Positions 49,321-61,718 of a DNA stretch of 64,000 nucleotides are shown in pieces (position 1 is the first letter of the stretch; the number at the start of each line of letters is the position of its first letter). The stretch is from Sphyrna mokarran (taxonomy: Eukaryota). Where the stretch lies: positions 12,772,001 through 12,836,000 of the forward strand of contig JAGIQG010000028.1 of the NCBI GenBank assembly GCA_024679065.1, written 5' to 3'. Position numbers and translations under genes: made by a program. The notes beneath the pieces were generated by a model that worked only from the letters and a program-made list of their open reading frames with translations, was not told where the DNA came from and searched no databases.

Positions 49321-51349
49321 GTAAGGTTGAAGGTAAGAAGAGCAAAACCTTTCATTGTCTCATTGTTTATACTGTTATTTGTTTTTGCATAGAGATGATT
49401 AGTTAAAATGGTACAGTGGAAGCTGGTTGACAGGGATTCTTATTATTGCAGTTGGTTCAGGTTAATAATTAGGTATGGGTTAACTGGGTTCTGATCATTT
49501 GAAATGTAACCTTCTAATTTCTAGCAAGTGAATCGAAAAGCACCCTGATGGGATTTACTCTGTGGACAAGACCTGACCAGTCTCTCCACTCAGACATTTC
49601 AATCAAATAGACTTCAGTTGTATCACATTACTCATAACTTTTACCTTGTACTTAAAATGATTTTGGAAAAGTGTGCAAAAAAGTTTGATGAAATTCATCA
49701 CAACTGGCATCACTGGATAAGGAGATATGACTGGACAAAGTCTGTACTGTTGCAAAGGATCCAAAAAGTAATTAATTTATTGCAGGTATCTACTTTGGGA
49801 TGAATAGTGTTATTGCATCCTGTATCTGTATTAGTGTTAATGGTAAGTGAAATTGAATAGACTATGCTATTATAGACTGAGTCTGCATCAGAACTAATTG
49901 GCATTGCAGCCTGTGCCTGTAGCAGAGTTGACTGGGGTCACTATTCAAACCATGATGTTGTGATTTGCAAACTGCAACATTCTCGGGAACTTTTTAGTAT
50001 CACCTATGTGAAACCAATTGCAAATGAGTGGGGTTAATTTAAATTGCCATTTTATCCTGGGCAGCCCTGACCACAATTCAAATATAGTTACCAAACAATT
50101 AAATTTAGATTGCAAATCAACAATCTCTGAGTGTCAGGTGGGTTTGAGGGGTGGGGAATGGTGCTCTGCCAAGGTGAAAGAATAGAAGGACAAACAAAGA
50201 TCAAAAACCAGTCTTGGAATTTTTTAAAAAACAAAGCACTTTCTTTATGCTGTTTGAGTTTCTATTGACTCAAATAGAAGTGCACTCTTATCAGATGGTG
50301 ATGTGAGCAGAGTGTTAGATTGTGTCATCTTTCTGTTGGGTAAAAGGGAGGGAAAAGGAACTCTTTGTATCTCAGGTGGGGTTAGTTCAAGTGCCATTTA
50401 ACCTTGCACTATTCAGTGAAGTATCCTAAAGCAATGCTGCTTCCTTCACACACGAAGAAAGACAGGCAAGGACTTGCATTTCTATAGAGCCTTTCACAAA
50501 CTCAGGACATCCCAAGCCACCTCACAGAAAATGAAGCACTTTCTAAGTCTAATTCACTGTTGGAACACAAAAGCGGCAACAGCAATGTAAGCCCTGGTTT
50601 TGTGGATGTTCAGAAACAGAACTCCTACACAAATTCATGATAAACTGAAATTGCCTTGTACTGTTTTTAAACCCGTCAGTTTGTGATATTCTAATTCTTA
50701 CCTCTGAATTTTATTTCATTGTCTCTTTGTGATTGATACAAACACATTGGTAATGATTGATCCACCTCTTCAGGTTAAATACATATTAATCAAAGAATTG
50801 TATATTTATAAAATGCAGAAACTTTTCAAAGCCATAGGAATGATCAAATCATAACTTTTAATTTTAAATATTATATATAATGTATGTAATATATATAAAC
50901 ACACAAAACTAGTTGTCTAGTCATTATAGTGAAATTACATAGAGCATGTACTTCCTGTCTACATACTCTATTAGCTGTCATCATAATTTTTGACTACCTT
51001 TCCTATCGACGTTCCCCATTGTAAATTACTATCAATACCATGTATTCAATGCTATGTAGGCTAAAATTCTCCGATCTTGTCCGCGTTTGGGATTCTCTGG
51101 TTCTGCTGCTGTAAATGCACATTTGACTGAGCACCAAATGTTCTGTCCCCGCTGGCAATGATAGGATATGCAAGACCAGAGAATTCTGACCCTTGTGGGC
51201 AATGTTTTTGCAATAATTTTCAATTATGTTTATTTGTGGCTACGTGGTTGCTTAAAGTTCAATGCTGCGCTGGCTTATGTGAACCTTGCCTGGTTCCATT
51301 CTTAAACCATCAAATTATAGTGAGAATCACCTGAAGTTAATTTTCTCAT

Positions 51350-51985
51350 CACTCCTACACCATTATTTCTATGGTTCTCCAAGAATCCAACTTGGCCCTC
51401 TTCTATTTCTTGTTTACATGCTGTCCCTTGGTGATATCATCTTAAAACTCAACATTGGGTTTCACATTTATATGCTGACAACTGGCAACTCTTTCCCACC
51501 ATAACTTCTCTTGGCTTGTGCACGTAACCTGTTTTCTACTTTGTTTCTCCGCTTGTATCTAGCATACAACATTAGACGTACAGTTCTTTCAACTAAGTAT
51601 CAGGAAGATAAAAGCCATGTTTCTTCCCTTCCACAAGTTCCATACTCAGACCACAATTTCCATTTCTGGCAACTGTTTAATGTTGAGCCTGATCATTTAC
51701 GATCTTGGGTGTCCAACACTACAAGCCTCTGCACTTCACCTCTTACACATCTCAAATTTTAATCACTCCACCAATGGTGGCTGTGTTTTCTGTTGCCTCG
51801 GCCCTAAGATCTGAAATGCACAGCCTAAACCTTCCAGCCTCTTGACCGCTCACTCTTCCTTAAAACTCCTCTTTTTGTGACTCAATGGCAAAATGTTTTA
51901 TTGATAATGCTCTTGTTAAGTATCTTGGGGCATTTCACTAATGATTTGTTAAATGCTCTGCATAAATATAAATTTTTATTGTTCT
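51350..51985 (+). mobile_element. Ancient L2 LINE remnant; related L2 tails at about 9760-10050 and 11570-11860
   Basis: GSPRIQLGPLLFLVYMLSLGDIILK.NIGFHIY followed by tatgctgac (YAD), matching L2 RT motifs. Confidence 0.65.
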
Positions 51986-53053
51986 GAGATTGAGCACATA
52001 TTCTATAAACAGGATAATTTATGGACTGTTACACAATAGGAATTGGGTGAATTCTGCTACCCTGGGAGTTGCCCTTTGTGTTTTAAACCTTGCAATGCAA
52101 TTTCACTAACTGAAATTAGATGTGATAATTAAGCATTTAATTAGTGCCTGATTATAAAGAAAATGAGGTGCCGATCTTTTTTTGCGCCCAACCAAATGAT
52201 ATCAAATTAACTTAAGGACAACTCAAAAGGGGTAGTTCCCTAAAAGGAGGGGAATTGTCTAAAACAAAAAAAAGCAGAAAGGAAACTTAAAATATCAAAT
52301 TAAAATTAAATGGGTCAATAATACACCCCAGTCCCTGCCATGCCCAGTAGGCATGGAAAGTGCCAATCATTATCAGTGACACTCCCATAATGGACAACCC
52401 TAATCACATCAAGGGTCCATCCACAGTTAGGGAAATTCCAGCTTTGATTGGCCTAATTAATTATGTAATGAAATTCCCAGCATGTGCAGATTTAAACCTT
52501 TTTGTTCCATTCTTTTTTGAAAAAAATGAGACATTCTGTAAAAGTTCCTGGCAACCCAACTTCTACTGGTCAAACATGCACAGACCCACTTACCAGAGTT
52601 GCATAGGTAATATATTTTACCAGGCAGTGGGCATGTACAGAACAGCCATCTATTCTACTAGATTAAGAGTCCAAAGTCTGTGATGTATTACTGCAGATCA
52701 TTAAATTACGCCATAACTGGTTTAAGCAAAATTAGATTTTAATTCTTGCAAATCATTGTACAATTAATTAAGAACATGTAAGTGCAGAAAGAATCATATA
52801 ACACAAAAGGAAGCCATTCGTCCCATTTAGCCTGTGTTCACTTATTGAAAGAACTATCCAGTTCGTCCCTGCTCATTCCCCCAAGTCCGAGAATTTTTTC
52901 CCCTCCAATATCAATGTTCCACTGCTATAATGATTGTTCCTGTTTAAAAGAGATCTCTGATATCCGGGACCAGAGCAGTCCCTTTTAATAGACATTTGTA
53001 CAAGTTTACAATGACTTCTATTTTTATTTCTTTTTCTCCTTCCTTTACATTAG

Positions 53054-53207
53054 GTCTTCACCGATCCGAGCAATCTCCAGCGACATATCAGGTCTCAGCA
53101 TGTGGGAGCTCGGGCACATGCTTGCCCCGACTGTGGAAAAACCTTTGCCACCTCATCTGGACTAAAACAACACAAGCACATACACAGCAGCATTAAGCCT
53201 TTCACCT
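53054..53207 (+). CDS. PRDM16: PRDM16 internal exon (exon 8 equivalent), ZF3-ZF5 start
   Basis: cattAG|...|GTgagt; 154 nt, phase 0-1; [51 protein letters not shown]. The ORF track shows only the wrong frame. Confidence 0.97.
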
Positions 53208-56200
53208 GTGAGTTCTTGCGTCTATCTTATCTTCATTTGTACTTGCAGGTGTCCTGTGTTTTCTGACATTTAATCACTTTCCCAGTCTTATGATTGACTA
53301 AGTCCAAGTACACAATGCAGTACTGCCACCTCTCTCCTTTATAAAGGTCATGTTTTTTCCTCTTTTAACACTCATGCCTGGCCTAGGTCTTCTCATTATT
53401 GCTGCAGTTTCAGAGATTCCTTTGCACACTGAGTTGCCCCCTTATTGTCCCTTTAAATCCTTTCAGATTTTGGGTTCAGCTAATTAGCAAAAAAGTTTTG
53501 TTTCATCGCCAAAACAGTTTATCTGAGCACCTTAGCTCACTTTATAGTTTGGATAGTTTCAAAATAAGCCAGTTATCTACATTCTGCCTGTAAAATATTT
53601 TTCTACCACTATCCTCCTCAGATTCCTCCTCCCTCTCCTTTCTCCCTTTATGGGGTGACACTGCAGCTTCACCTGGTGATTTTCCTTCATCTCTCAGCCC
53701 AGAGAGTTAGGCCAGATTCCCTACTTTTGAACTCACCAGATCTTTATTTATCACAGCCATTTCAAATTTGTAATTAACATTCTTCTACAAACTGCCATGT
53801 TGATTGGATAAAATCCTTCTTTGAAATTTGAGTGGTTAAGGCCTAATCTTGAAACCAAAATGGCTGCCTAATGTGAACCAACAGAACTTTAATCTGTAGA
53901 AATGTCTCTGATTAATGCCAGATAGTCATTACACCAATCCCCATATTTACAGAGAGTTGACCTTACTCATATCTCCTCAGATTTCTGCATTAGCCGTCAC
54001 AAATTGGAAATTAAATGCATTTTCTGATAACTGGCCTGCCTGCCTTCACAAACCCATTAGTGCTCAGAGATAAGATTCTGTGGAAAGGTTTTCATAAAAT
54101 TTTGCCACATATTTTCAACAATGCCAACTTGTTACTCATCGTGTCATTGATAAGTTGCTGATTAATTTCTGTGCTCAAACTGATAATTTGCAGTAATAGG
54201 CTGAAATGCAGAGATAGACTGAATGCTTTATGAAGAACTTGCAAACTGTGATATTTGTATTAGTCACACCCTCCTGGGAAGCTGACCTTTGGGATCCAGA
54301 GCTGCTCTGCAGAATTGAACTGAATATATGGAAGCTGTCACTTTGCATTTCATTCACACAGAACCTGATGTTATTGGCAGTAGCGTGTTCCCTTCCAAGT
54401 TCAAAGTCAAGTAGGAAATAAAGGCAGATGTTGATTACTTCTGCAGTAGTTGAAATGCAGCAGTCAATTGGAATGCTTTCTTTTCTTTGACTCTTGATTC
54501 TGCCCTTGGCCTGATGTTCAATGTCATGCTTTCAACTGATGCACTACTTCCACCGTTACCTGGGGTGGTAGCTGGCTAAAAAAACACTTATTCCGTCATC
54601 ATGTTCACTTGGGAATGGCAAATAGTTGATGGGCTTATGTGGGTAGAGCTCTGTGAAGTAGTGTGGCCTGAAAGCCACCATGGGTAGGCGAATTTTACAA
54701 ACTTGCCTGAGATTTACACTTCAATTTAGTTGGAATGTTTTCTCATTGCCGCTAGAGCAAATTGATCAACTAGGAATCTATTATATAATCTGTTCCCTGG
54801 TTGGCTACTGATGCTATAGAATATAGCCAGCGAAGTCTGCCTACCCAAGATATCGGGTGTGTGACCAGAAAAAAGTGTTTGCCACTTTAGATGCTGGTGT
54901 GAGACCAGTAGCTGCCAGATGACTTGGGAAACCAGATTGCCTGATCAAGCAAAAGATGAACTCTGGCCCAACCCAAAAGAAGATATGGGTTATAAATGCC
55001 TTAATTGTTCCTTAATTACTAAAAATCGATTTGGGCTGCACCCTTTTTTCCTTCAGATTGCTTAGTCGACTCATTAGTACAGCATCATAGCAAAGATCAG
55101 TTGCATCATAATACTGTTGTTAATGGCGTGTCCTTGCTATTGACTTTCTATATTTCCTTTCATTCTGAGTAGCATAGCCATATGTATGTACAAATACCTA
55201 AGAAAATGAGCATTTTTCTATGTAAACTAGTCTTTATCATGAAAGTTTGAAATATTAATGCGTTCCATTATTGGCACCCTCCCAATATTGACAGAGCACC
55301 AATAGGCCAAGGGTCTGTCAGTAAATCCATATACTCACCTCTAGTCTCCTTACATATCTTGGCAAGTTCTTTCTTCTAAAAGAAAATGTTAGCTACTCAA
55401 AGGAAACGTTGCTGTCATTGCAGAAGCTATCTTTATATAACCACGTATTAACAAGTACAAAGAAACGTGGCAGCTTGATAATGATAGTGCAGAGATCAGA
55501 TGACCTAATGAACCCCCTTTCAGATACTTCAATTTGAAATCCTATGCTCATGCATATTTCATTTTCATGGAAAATTACTGTTCCATTTCACTTTTAGTGT
55601 TATAAATTGAGTAAGGTTAAATTGATAGAATGTATATTTATGGGATTTTTTTTTCTTTTGGGTAGGGGTTTTTCTATAACTTTAGCCTGCTCTGTATCTG
55701 CCTGGCTAACACAGTTGCAGCCAAGAGGACAAATATCCTGCATCCTCATAGGCTTAACATTAAACTCTGCCTAGTGAGTGCCAACAGCATTGGGAGATCA
55801 GGCATTTTATTATTTTGGGGATCACTGGGCATCCACAAGTCAAAATACCTTAGACTGGGTAAAGAATGATGTGGCATCTGCTTCAACCCTATAATGTCCC
55901 TTCATCACCCTTCAAGCTCAGCATGCTTGACCCTTCTGGTAATAAATGATGACCAAGTTGATGTTCAACAGATGACAAGATGAAGGATTTGCAGAACACT
56001 GCAACCTACAAATTGTCATTTAATTTCAGGAACATTATTAACCTCCAAACACCTTGCAAATAAACTCTTTTCCTGTTTTGTTTGTAAAATCTATTCCCTA
56101 ATACTATAGATATTATTATACTATTTGTTGTATTATTTTATTTGATTGCATTGATACAATTCATGCTAAATAATTAGAAGGATGAGGATTAATGGGCCTA

Positions 56201-59200
56201 AAATTTTGATAAGTCACTTTACTAATGATTGATAAGCTGAGAGGTCACTCAACTGTGTTGGATTCACTACCTTGTGTTTAATTAAGCCACGTACGAATGT
56301 TAGAACTGGATCTGACACTTTGAAAGACTTCTGGTAGTATAAGGTGCTGTTTTTGAGTAGAACCGTTCATGGTTATGTTGGAGTGAGTACGTACATGTCA
56401 AAACTTGCACCAGTTGCAGAAAGTGTCAGTTCCTTTATTAGATGTGTACCTTTCAAATATGAGAATTACTTGTAGTTTTGTTATTACTTTGTTGTTGCTA
56501 ACTCTGCTGTCCATAATAGATTAGGTGGCGTAGCTAGAAAGTTCATCATGCTCCTCACAAATTTATGGGATTGTCCAGTGAACATTATTCAATAAGAATG
56601 TAGCAAAGCTGTATATATAGTATATAGTTTAGGTTTGTGATCTTTTCAGTATTCGGCATATAATAAAGGATATATTAGAGATGAAAATCATTTTCTGCAG
56701 TCATGCAAAATGAACAGTAGTGCATTGGCAATCTGTTTTTTGCTGTTTTTCCAATTGAAATCAATGGAAATGGACAAGGAAATCAAGGAGAATGTTGCCA
56801 CTTTGAATGACTATATAAAGCTACTTTCATCCCCAACTGACTAGAAGTAAATTATGAGATCAGATTCTTGACTCTAGTGTTGCGTGAACGATTATGAGAA
56901 TCAATTTGTGAGCCCAGTTGGTATCCTTCCTGGGGTATACAAGTGTCACTGGGATATCCATCTCAGTATCCAATCATCAAGCTGTATCTTATTGAATTTT
57001 ATATATTTTGTTGTGTCCTATGTACCTAATTGAGTTATACCTGTGGTAATAAAATTCTCATCTGCATGCACTCCTTTACTGCACAACTTGATTTCCAGTT
57101 CTCATATTTGTGTGTTGATTCTTCCCCTTTTTTTTCCCTATGTAAGCTCATTACCCTAATCTCATTGATAGTCTAAATGCTTCCTTAAAGGTTTTTACGT
57201 ATTCACTTCTTCCCCTCAATGTCGATCAGAAAAGAAGTTTTAAGCAAAACGTAAAAGTTCAAAAGATTACATTTTACATGTATATAATTAAAACTGGTCA
57301 GTGAATTGTCTTTTGTGTTTCCAATGCCATCATAAAAACTTTTTCTTGAAGGTCTCAACCTTTCCAAAAGTCTGACCTTGATTTGACACTTTTGTACAGA
57401 GCTGTGTCTCTGAGCTGCATTTGATTTGTACACTCACAACATGTGCAGTGTTCCTAATTTCACAAGATGCCATAGTATTGTTCACACTAAGTATTGAGAA
57501 TACTTTTGTTTAACTTTCTAGTGGTATTTGCTCATTTTTTTTCCAAAATTATTTGAAGGAAATCTTGTAGACAAAATTGAAAATCTTTATTCAGGTAAAG
57601 TTAGCATTTACTTTTTAAACAGGCAACTTATATGTGTGTATTTTAAACGAATATATACTTGGATACTGAGTATATACTTGGATAGTAGAAATATCAGTTC
57701 CAGAGGGAAAATATTAGTGGGCAGCACAATGGCACCGTGGTTAGCTCTGCTGCCTCACAGCACCAGGGACCCGGCTACAACTCCCAGCTTGGGTCAATTT
57801 CTGTGCGGAATTTACATGTTCTCCCTATGTCTGCATGTGTTTCCTCCAGGTGCTCTGCTTTCCTCCCACAGTCCAAAAGTTAAGTTACATTGGCCATGCT
57901 AAATTCTCCCTCAGCATACCCAAACAGGTGCTAGAGTATGGCGCCAAGAGGATTTTCGCAATAACTTCATTGCAATATTAATGTAAGATTACTTGTGATT
58001 AATAAACTTCAAAAAGTATGGTGAATGAAACATTCTTAGATATTTGTGGGACGCTGATAGCTAGTTTGTGCATTCTGAGTGTTAGAGTTTGCTCGGCTGA
58101 AAATCCATTGTAAAAGTGGAGTTACAAATTTATAGCGGGGGAAATGCTGATAGAAAATCAAGTAGATAAGAAATGCATACAAATGTAAAATTTTAAATAA
58201 TATATTAGACAGACGATGACCATGTTTTATTTAGGCATTCCCATAATTTAACTTCTTTTTCAACTATTCTAAAACTTTTAATTGCTTCTCTGACAAGTGA
58301 CACTCCAGGTTATGCATAACAATAGATTAGTGATCAATCCAAATCAAACTAATCAATCTTGCTGAGACATATGAGGAACCTGGTGCAGATATTCATTGTA
58401 CAATAAGAAATCATTAAAATCATACTATTGAAATATTCACGTCATCAGGGAGAAATTGGAACAGATAGTGTTAAAATTAGATTTGAATTATGGAATATTC
58501 TATACTAAAGAAAATGGAAGAAGTAGATTATGATAGCCATCCCTTTATACATTTAAGGAGTCATCTTACAACTTGTTGATGCTGGCTTGCATAGCTTTTC
58601 ATTCATTTCATCTTACTTTTCTTCATTTAGTGACCTTCCACACTGGGAATGAAAATTCACACAAGCATCCCTTCACTTTAGATAAAAACTTGTTGCTATT
58701 ATTAAATATTGTGGTTTGGTAGCTTTAGCAGTGGAACATTGAATTCCCAGACAAAGGGCTGCAGTTTATCCTCAAACTCAATTACTGAATGAGCTTGGCA
58801 ACGCTCTAGTTGTTGTGTTTCACAGGATTGAGATCACTATCTTAGAGAAGGAGGGTTAAAGAGCTGAGAGAAAGAGAGGAAAAGTTAAACTGCAAGCAAT
58901 ACAGAGAAAGATCCTGTACTCAGTCAGTTTATTATCTCCATTGATACAAACTCATAAGAGTCCACAGTCTGGAGTGGTACAGTCTCTTGGGTGATGAGCA
59001 ATGGCAGGGGTAATTGATTGGGGAGGAAGTAGATTCCAAAGTACATGCAGTGTACTGTGTCCTTATTGCTGCAAGTGCTAATAGCCTGCTGTATCTCATT
59101 GTGATAGTGCTTAGTGTAAGTTAGTATGAGAGGATTTAGAATTGGTTTGATTATATTGTAATTGTATTTATCTGTATGATATTGACAGATAGGAGGCAGG

Positions 59201-60337
59201 GACAAGCATGGACACAGAGTGATGGTAAGAAACCTTTTTTTGTATAGCTGTTGAAGCGCAGGAGTGTATTGTCATCCATAACCAGTGTTATCACTACGTA
59301 TCTCCCTGCTTACTTCATTTTCAAGCCCTGGTCATATCCTTTTTTTTGTTTCCTTAATATGGAAGCTGGCCATTTTTTAATTGCCCTCACCAAACAAAAA
59401 CCAACAATTGATTTGATAATATGAAACTGCCCTGCTCCTCCCTTTACCTTTTTATTTGTCTAGTTATAGAAAGATTGCATTTAATCACTATTTTAGGTTG
59501 TTGGGTTCCTTTGTGCACTATTTTATGCATTTGATACGAGGGAGAGGCAAGGTACACATGAAAAACATTCCCTCCCCTTCAATCTATTATAGAGTTCAAT
59601 AAAAGAGAGTAGATTTACATGACACACATTTCCCATTGCTTTATACATTGCACACAGGAGAAATAAAATTCAATAGAATTCATTTTCCATCTGGTAACTG
59701 AAAGGTGATGCGAATGTAAATCTATAAAGCAACATATCAAGCATATTAGAATTCTATTAGTTTTGATCTTTGCTCTGTGGAGTTGTCCTGGGATCTGTCT
59801 TTATAAATATGATGGAGATTCTTTTTATTAGCCAAGTCTTACTTTTAACTTCTTTCTTTCCTTTGGGGTGATCCAGTTGAATTTTATTGTGTTACCTAAC
59901 CATGCCCAGGACATAGCTTTTCTATTCCCTTTAGTGAGAACAGTGCAATAGGTATGATATTTCATTTTCTTCTAATCACTTTATAAATGTCCATGTTCCT
60001 ATGTGAGTATATAAATAAAATGCATTATTAAAAAATAAAATTAAGTCCAGCACTGGTGTTCTTTGCTCAGTTGAAGTGATCCATAATGATGAGTGACCTT
60101 TCAGCTTATCTCCAACTGTGGTGGGCATTTCCTTTGAGAAATTCAATGGCAATTATCAGAACTAGTCAGGGCTGTAATCTGTCTAATCCAGGCTAATGTT
60201 TGGGTTATTGACAATTGATATCACAATTAATATCACAATTGAGCATTCCCTAAGTCCTGCTGTACGCTCATATGGCTGATGTTACCAGGATAGTGTAAAA
60301 AGCATTGTTGCTACATCTCCTTTGTATTCACTTACAG

Positions 60338-61718
60338 GTGAGGTCTGTCACAAATCATACACCCAGTTCTCCAACCTTTGTCGACATAAACGGATGCATG
60401 CCGATTGCAGGACACAAATAAAGTGCAAAGACTGTGGCCAGATGTTCAGCACAACTTCCTCATTGAACAAGCATCGCAGATTCTGCGAAGGCAAGAACCA
60501 TTACAATCCCAGTTCTATGTTCCCTCAAGGCCTGCCACTCACTCCCAGTACCTTGCTGGACAAATCAAAACCTTCATCCACCCTTAATCATACTTCCCTG
60601 GGATTCAATGATTATTTTCCTTCCCGCCCACACCCAACAGGATTACCCTTCTCACCGACAGCCACATTTCCATCTATTGCTCCAGGTTTCCCCGGCCTTT
60701 TCCCACATTCCTTGTATCCCAGGCCCCCTCTATTACCAAGCAATGCATTATTGAAAGGTTGCTTAAACCATGATATCGACGGAACTGTCCAAAGCCCAAT
60801 GGGAACTCCTTCTGTGTCACAAGCATCTTCCCTGCTGTCAACGTTCAATGACAGGGTTGGCCCTTTAGAAGAAAAATCAAACAACCGATCTGACAATTGC
60901 TACACTGAGAAAGGCAAAGTAAAAAACAGTGATTTATCAGAAGGTAGCGACTTTGAAGACATTAACACAACAAGTGGGACTGATCTGGACACCACCACGG
61001 GCACTGGCTCTGATTTGGACAGTGATGTGGAGAGTGATCGAGATAAAAAGAAGGAAAAGACCAATCTAATGGCCAAAGCAACAGACAAAGTTACTTCAGC
61101 CTCCACAAATTCTACCAATGAAATTAATGAGCGAACATATCTTCCGTCCCAACATTCCTTCTTTCCTCCTCCAGATGAGCAGAATCTTCCGACAAATGCT
61201 GCTAATGATTCCATTAAAGCGATTGCTTCAATTGCAGAGAAGTACTTTGGTACTGGCTTCATGGGAATGCAAGAGAAGAAGATGGGGTCACTTCCATACC
61301 ACTCAATGTTTCCATTCCAGCTCCTCCCAAACATCCCACATTCCATATACCCTTTCACGGACCGAAACCTCAATCCCAGTATGTTAGTTAAAAATGAGCC
61401 AAAGTCACCTAGGGAGCACCAGAAAAGTGGGAGTGCAGGCTCGGAGTCACCCTTCGACCTCACCACCAAACGGAAAGAAGCAAAGCCCCCCCCAACAACC
61501 AAGGTCATGGCATCTACACTATCTGGGGAGGAGCAGCCATTGGACCTGAGCATAAGCAGCCGCAGTAGGGTCAGTCAGAATGGCCCGAGTGAGCCCAGGA
61601 AGAACCACGTGTTTGGCGACCGTAAGATGATGATCAACGATGAACTGCCGAAGATGTCGCACCAGCAACCCTTTCACTATGCAAAGCCGTCACCGTTTTT
61701 CATGGATCCCATCTACAG
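60338..61718 (+). CDS. PRDM16: PRDM16 large exon (exon 9 equivalent): ZF6-7, proline-rich region, CtBP-binding repression region
   Basis: cttacAG|...|GTattt; 1381 nt, phase 1-2; EVCHKSYTQFSNLCRHKRMHADCRTQIKC...FCEGKNHY; DTTTGTGSDLDSD, SQHSFFPPPDEQ, EKYFGTGFMGMQEKK and HYAKPSPFFMDPIYR fit PRDM16 rather than MECOM. Confidence 0.97.
61387..61551 (+). other. PRDM16: Encoded short linear motifs: SUMO consensus VKNE and CtBP-binding PFDLT and PLDLS
   Basis: VKNE 61387-61398 (psi-K-x-E; human VKAE), PFDLT 61450-61464, PLDLS 61537-61551, read from the translation. Confidence 0.9.

Noticed and set aside
53208-53250. Acceptor-like ttgcag|gt 41 nt after the exon 8 donor
   Set aside because: A 41-nt intron is too short for vertebrates and the downstream frame has no PRDM16 similarity
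60612-61553. Antisense ORFs of 94 and 217 aa
   Set aside because: Shadows of the PRDM16 coding exon with no independent protein features
6789-61718. Assignment to MECOM/EVI1
   Set aside because: [36 protein letters not shown] and HYAKPSPFFMDPIY match recalled PRDM16, not MECOM
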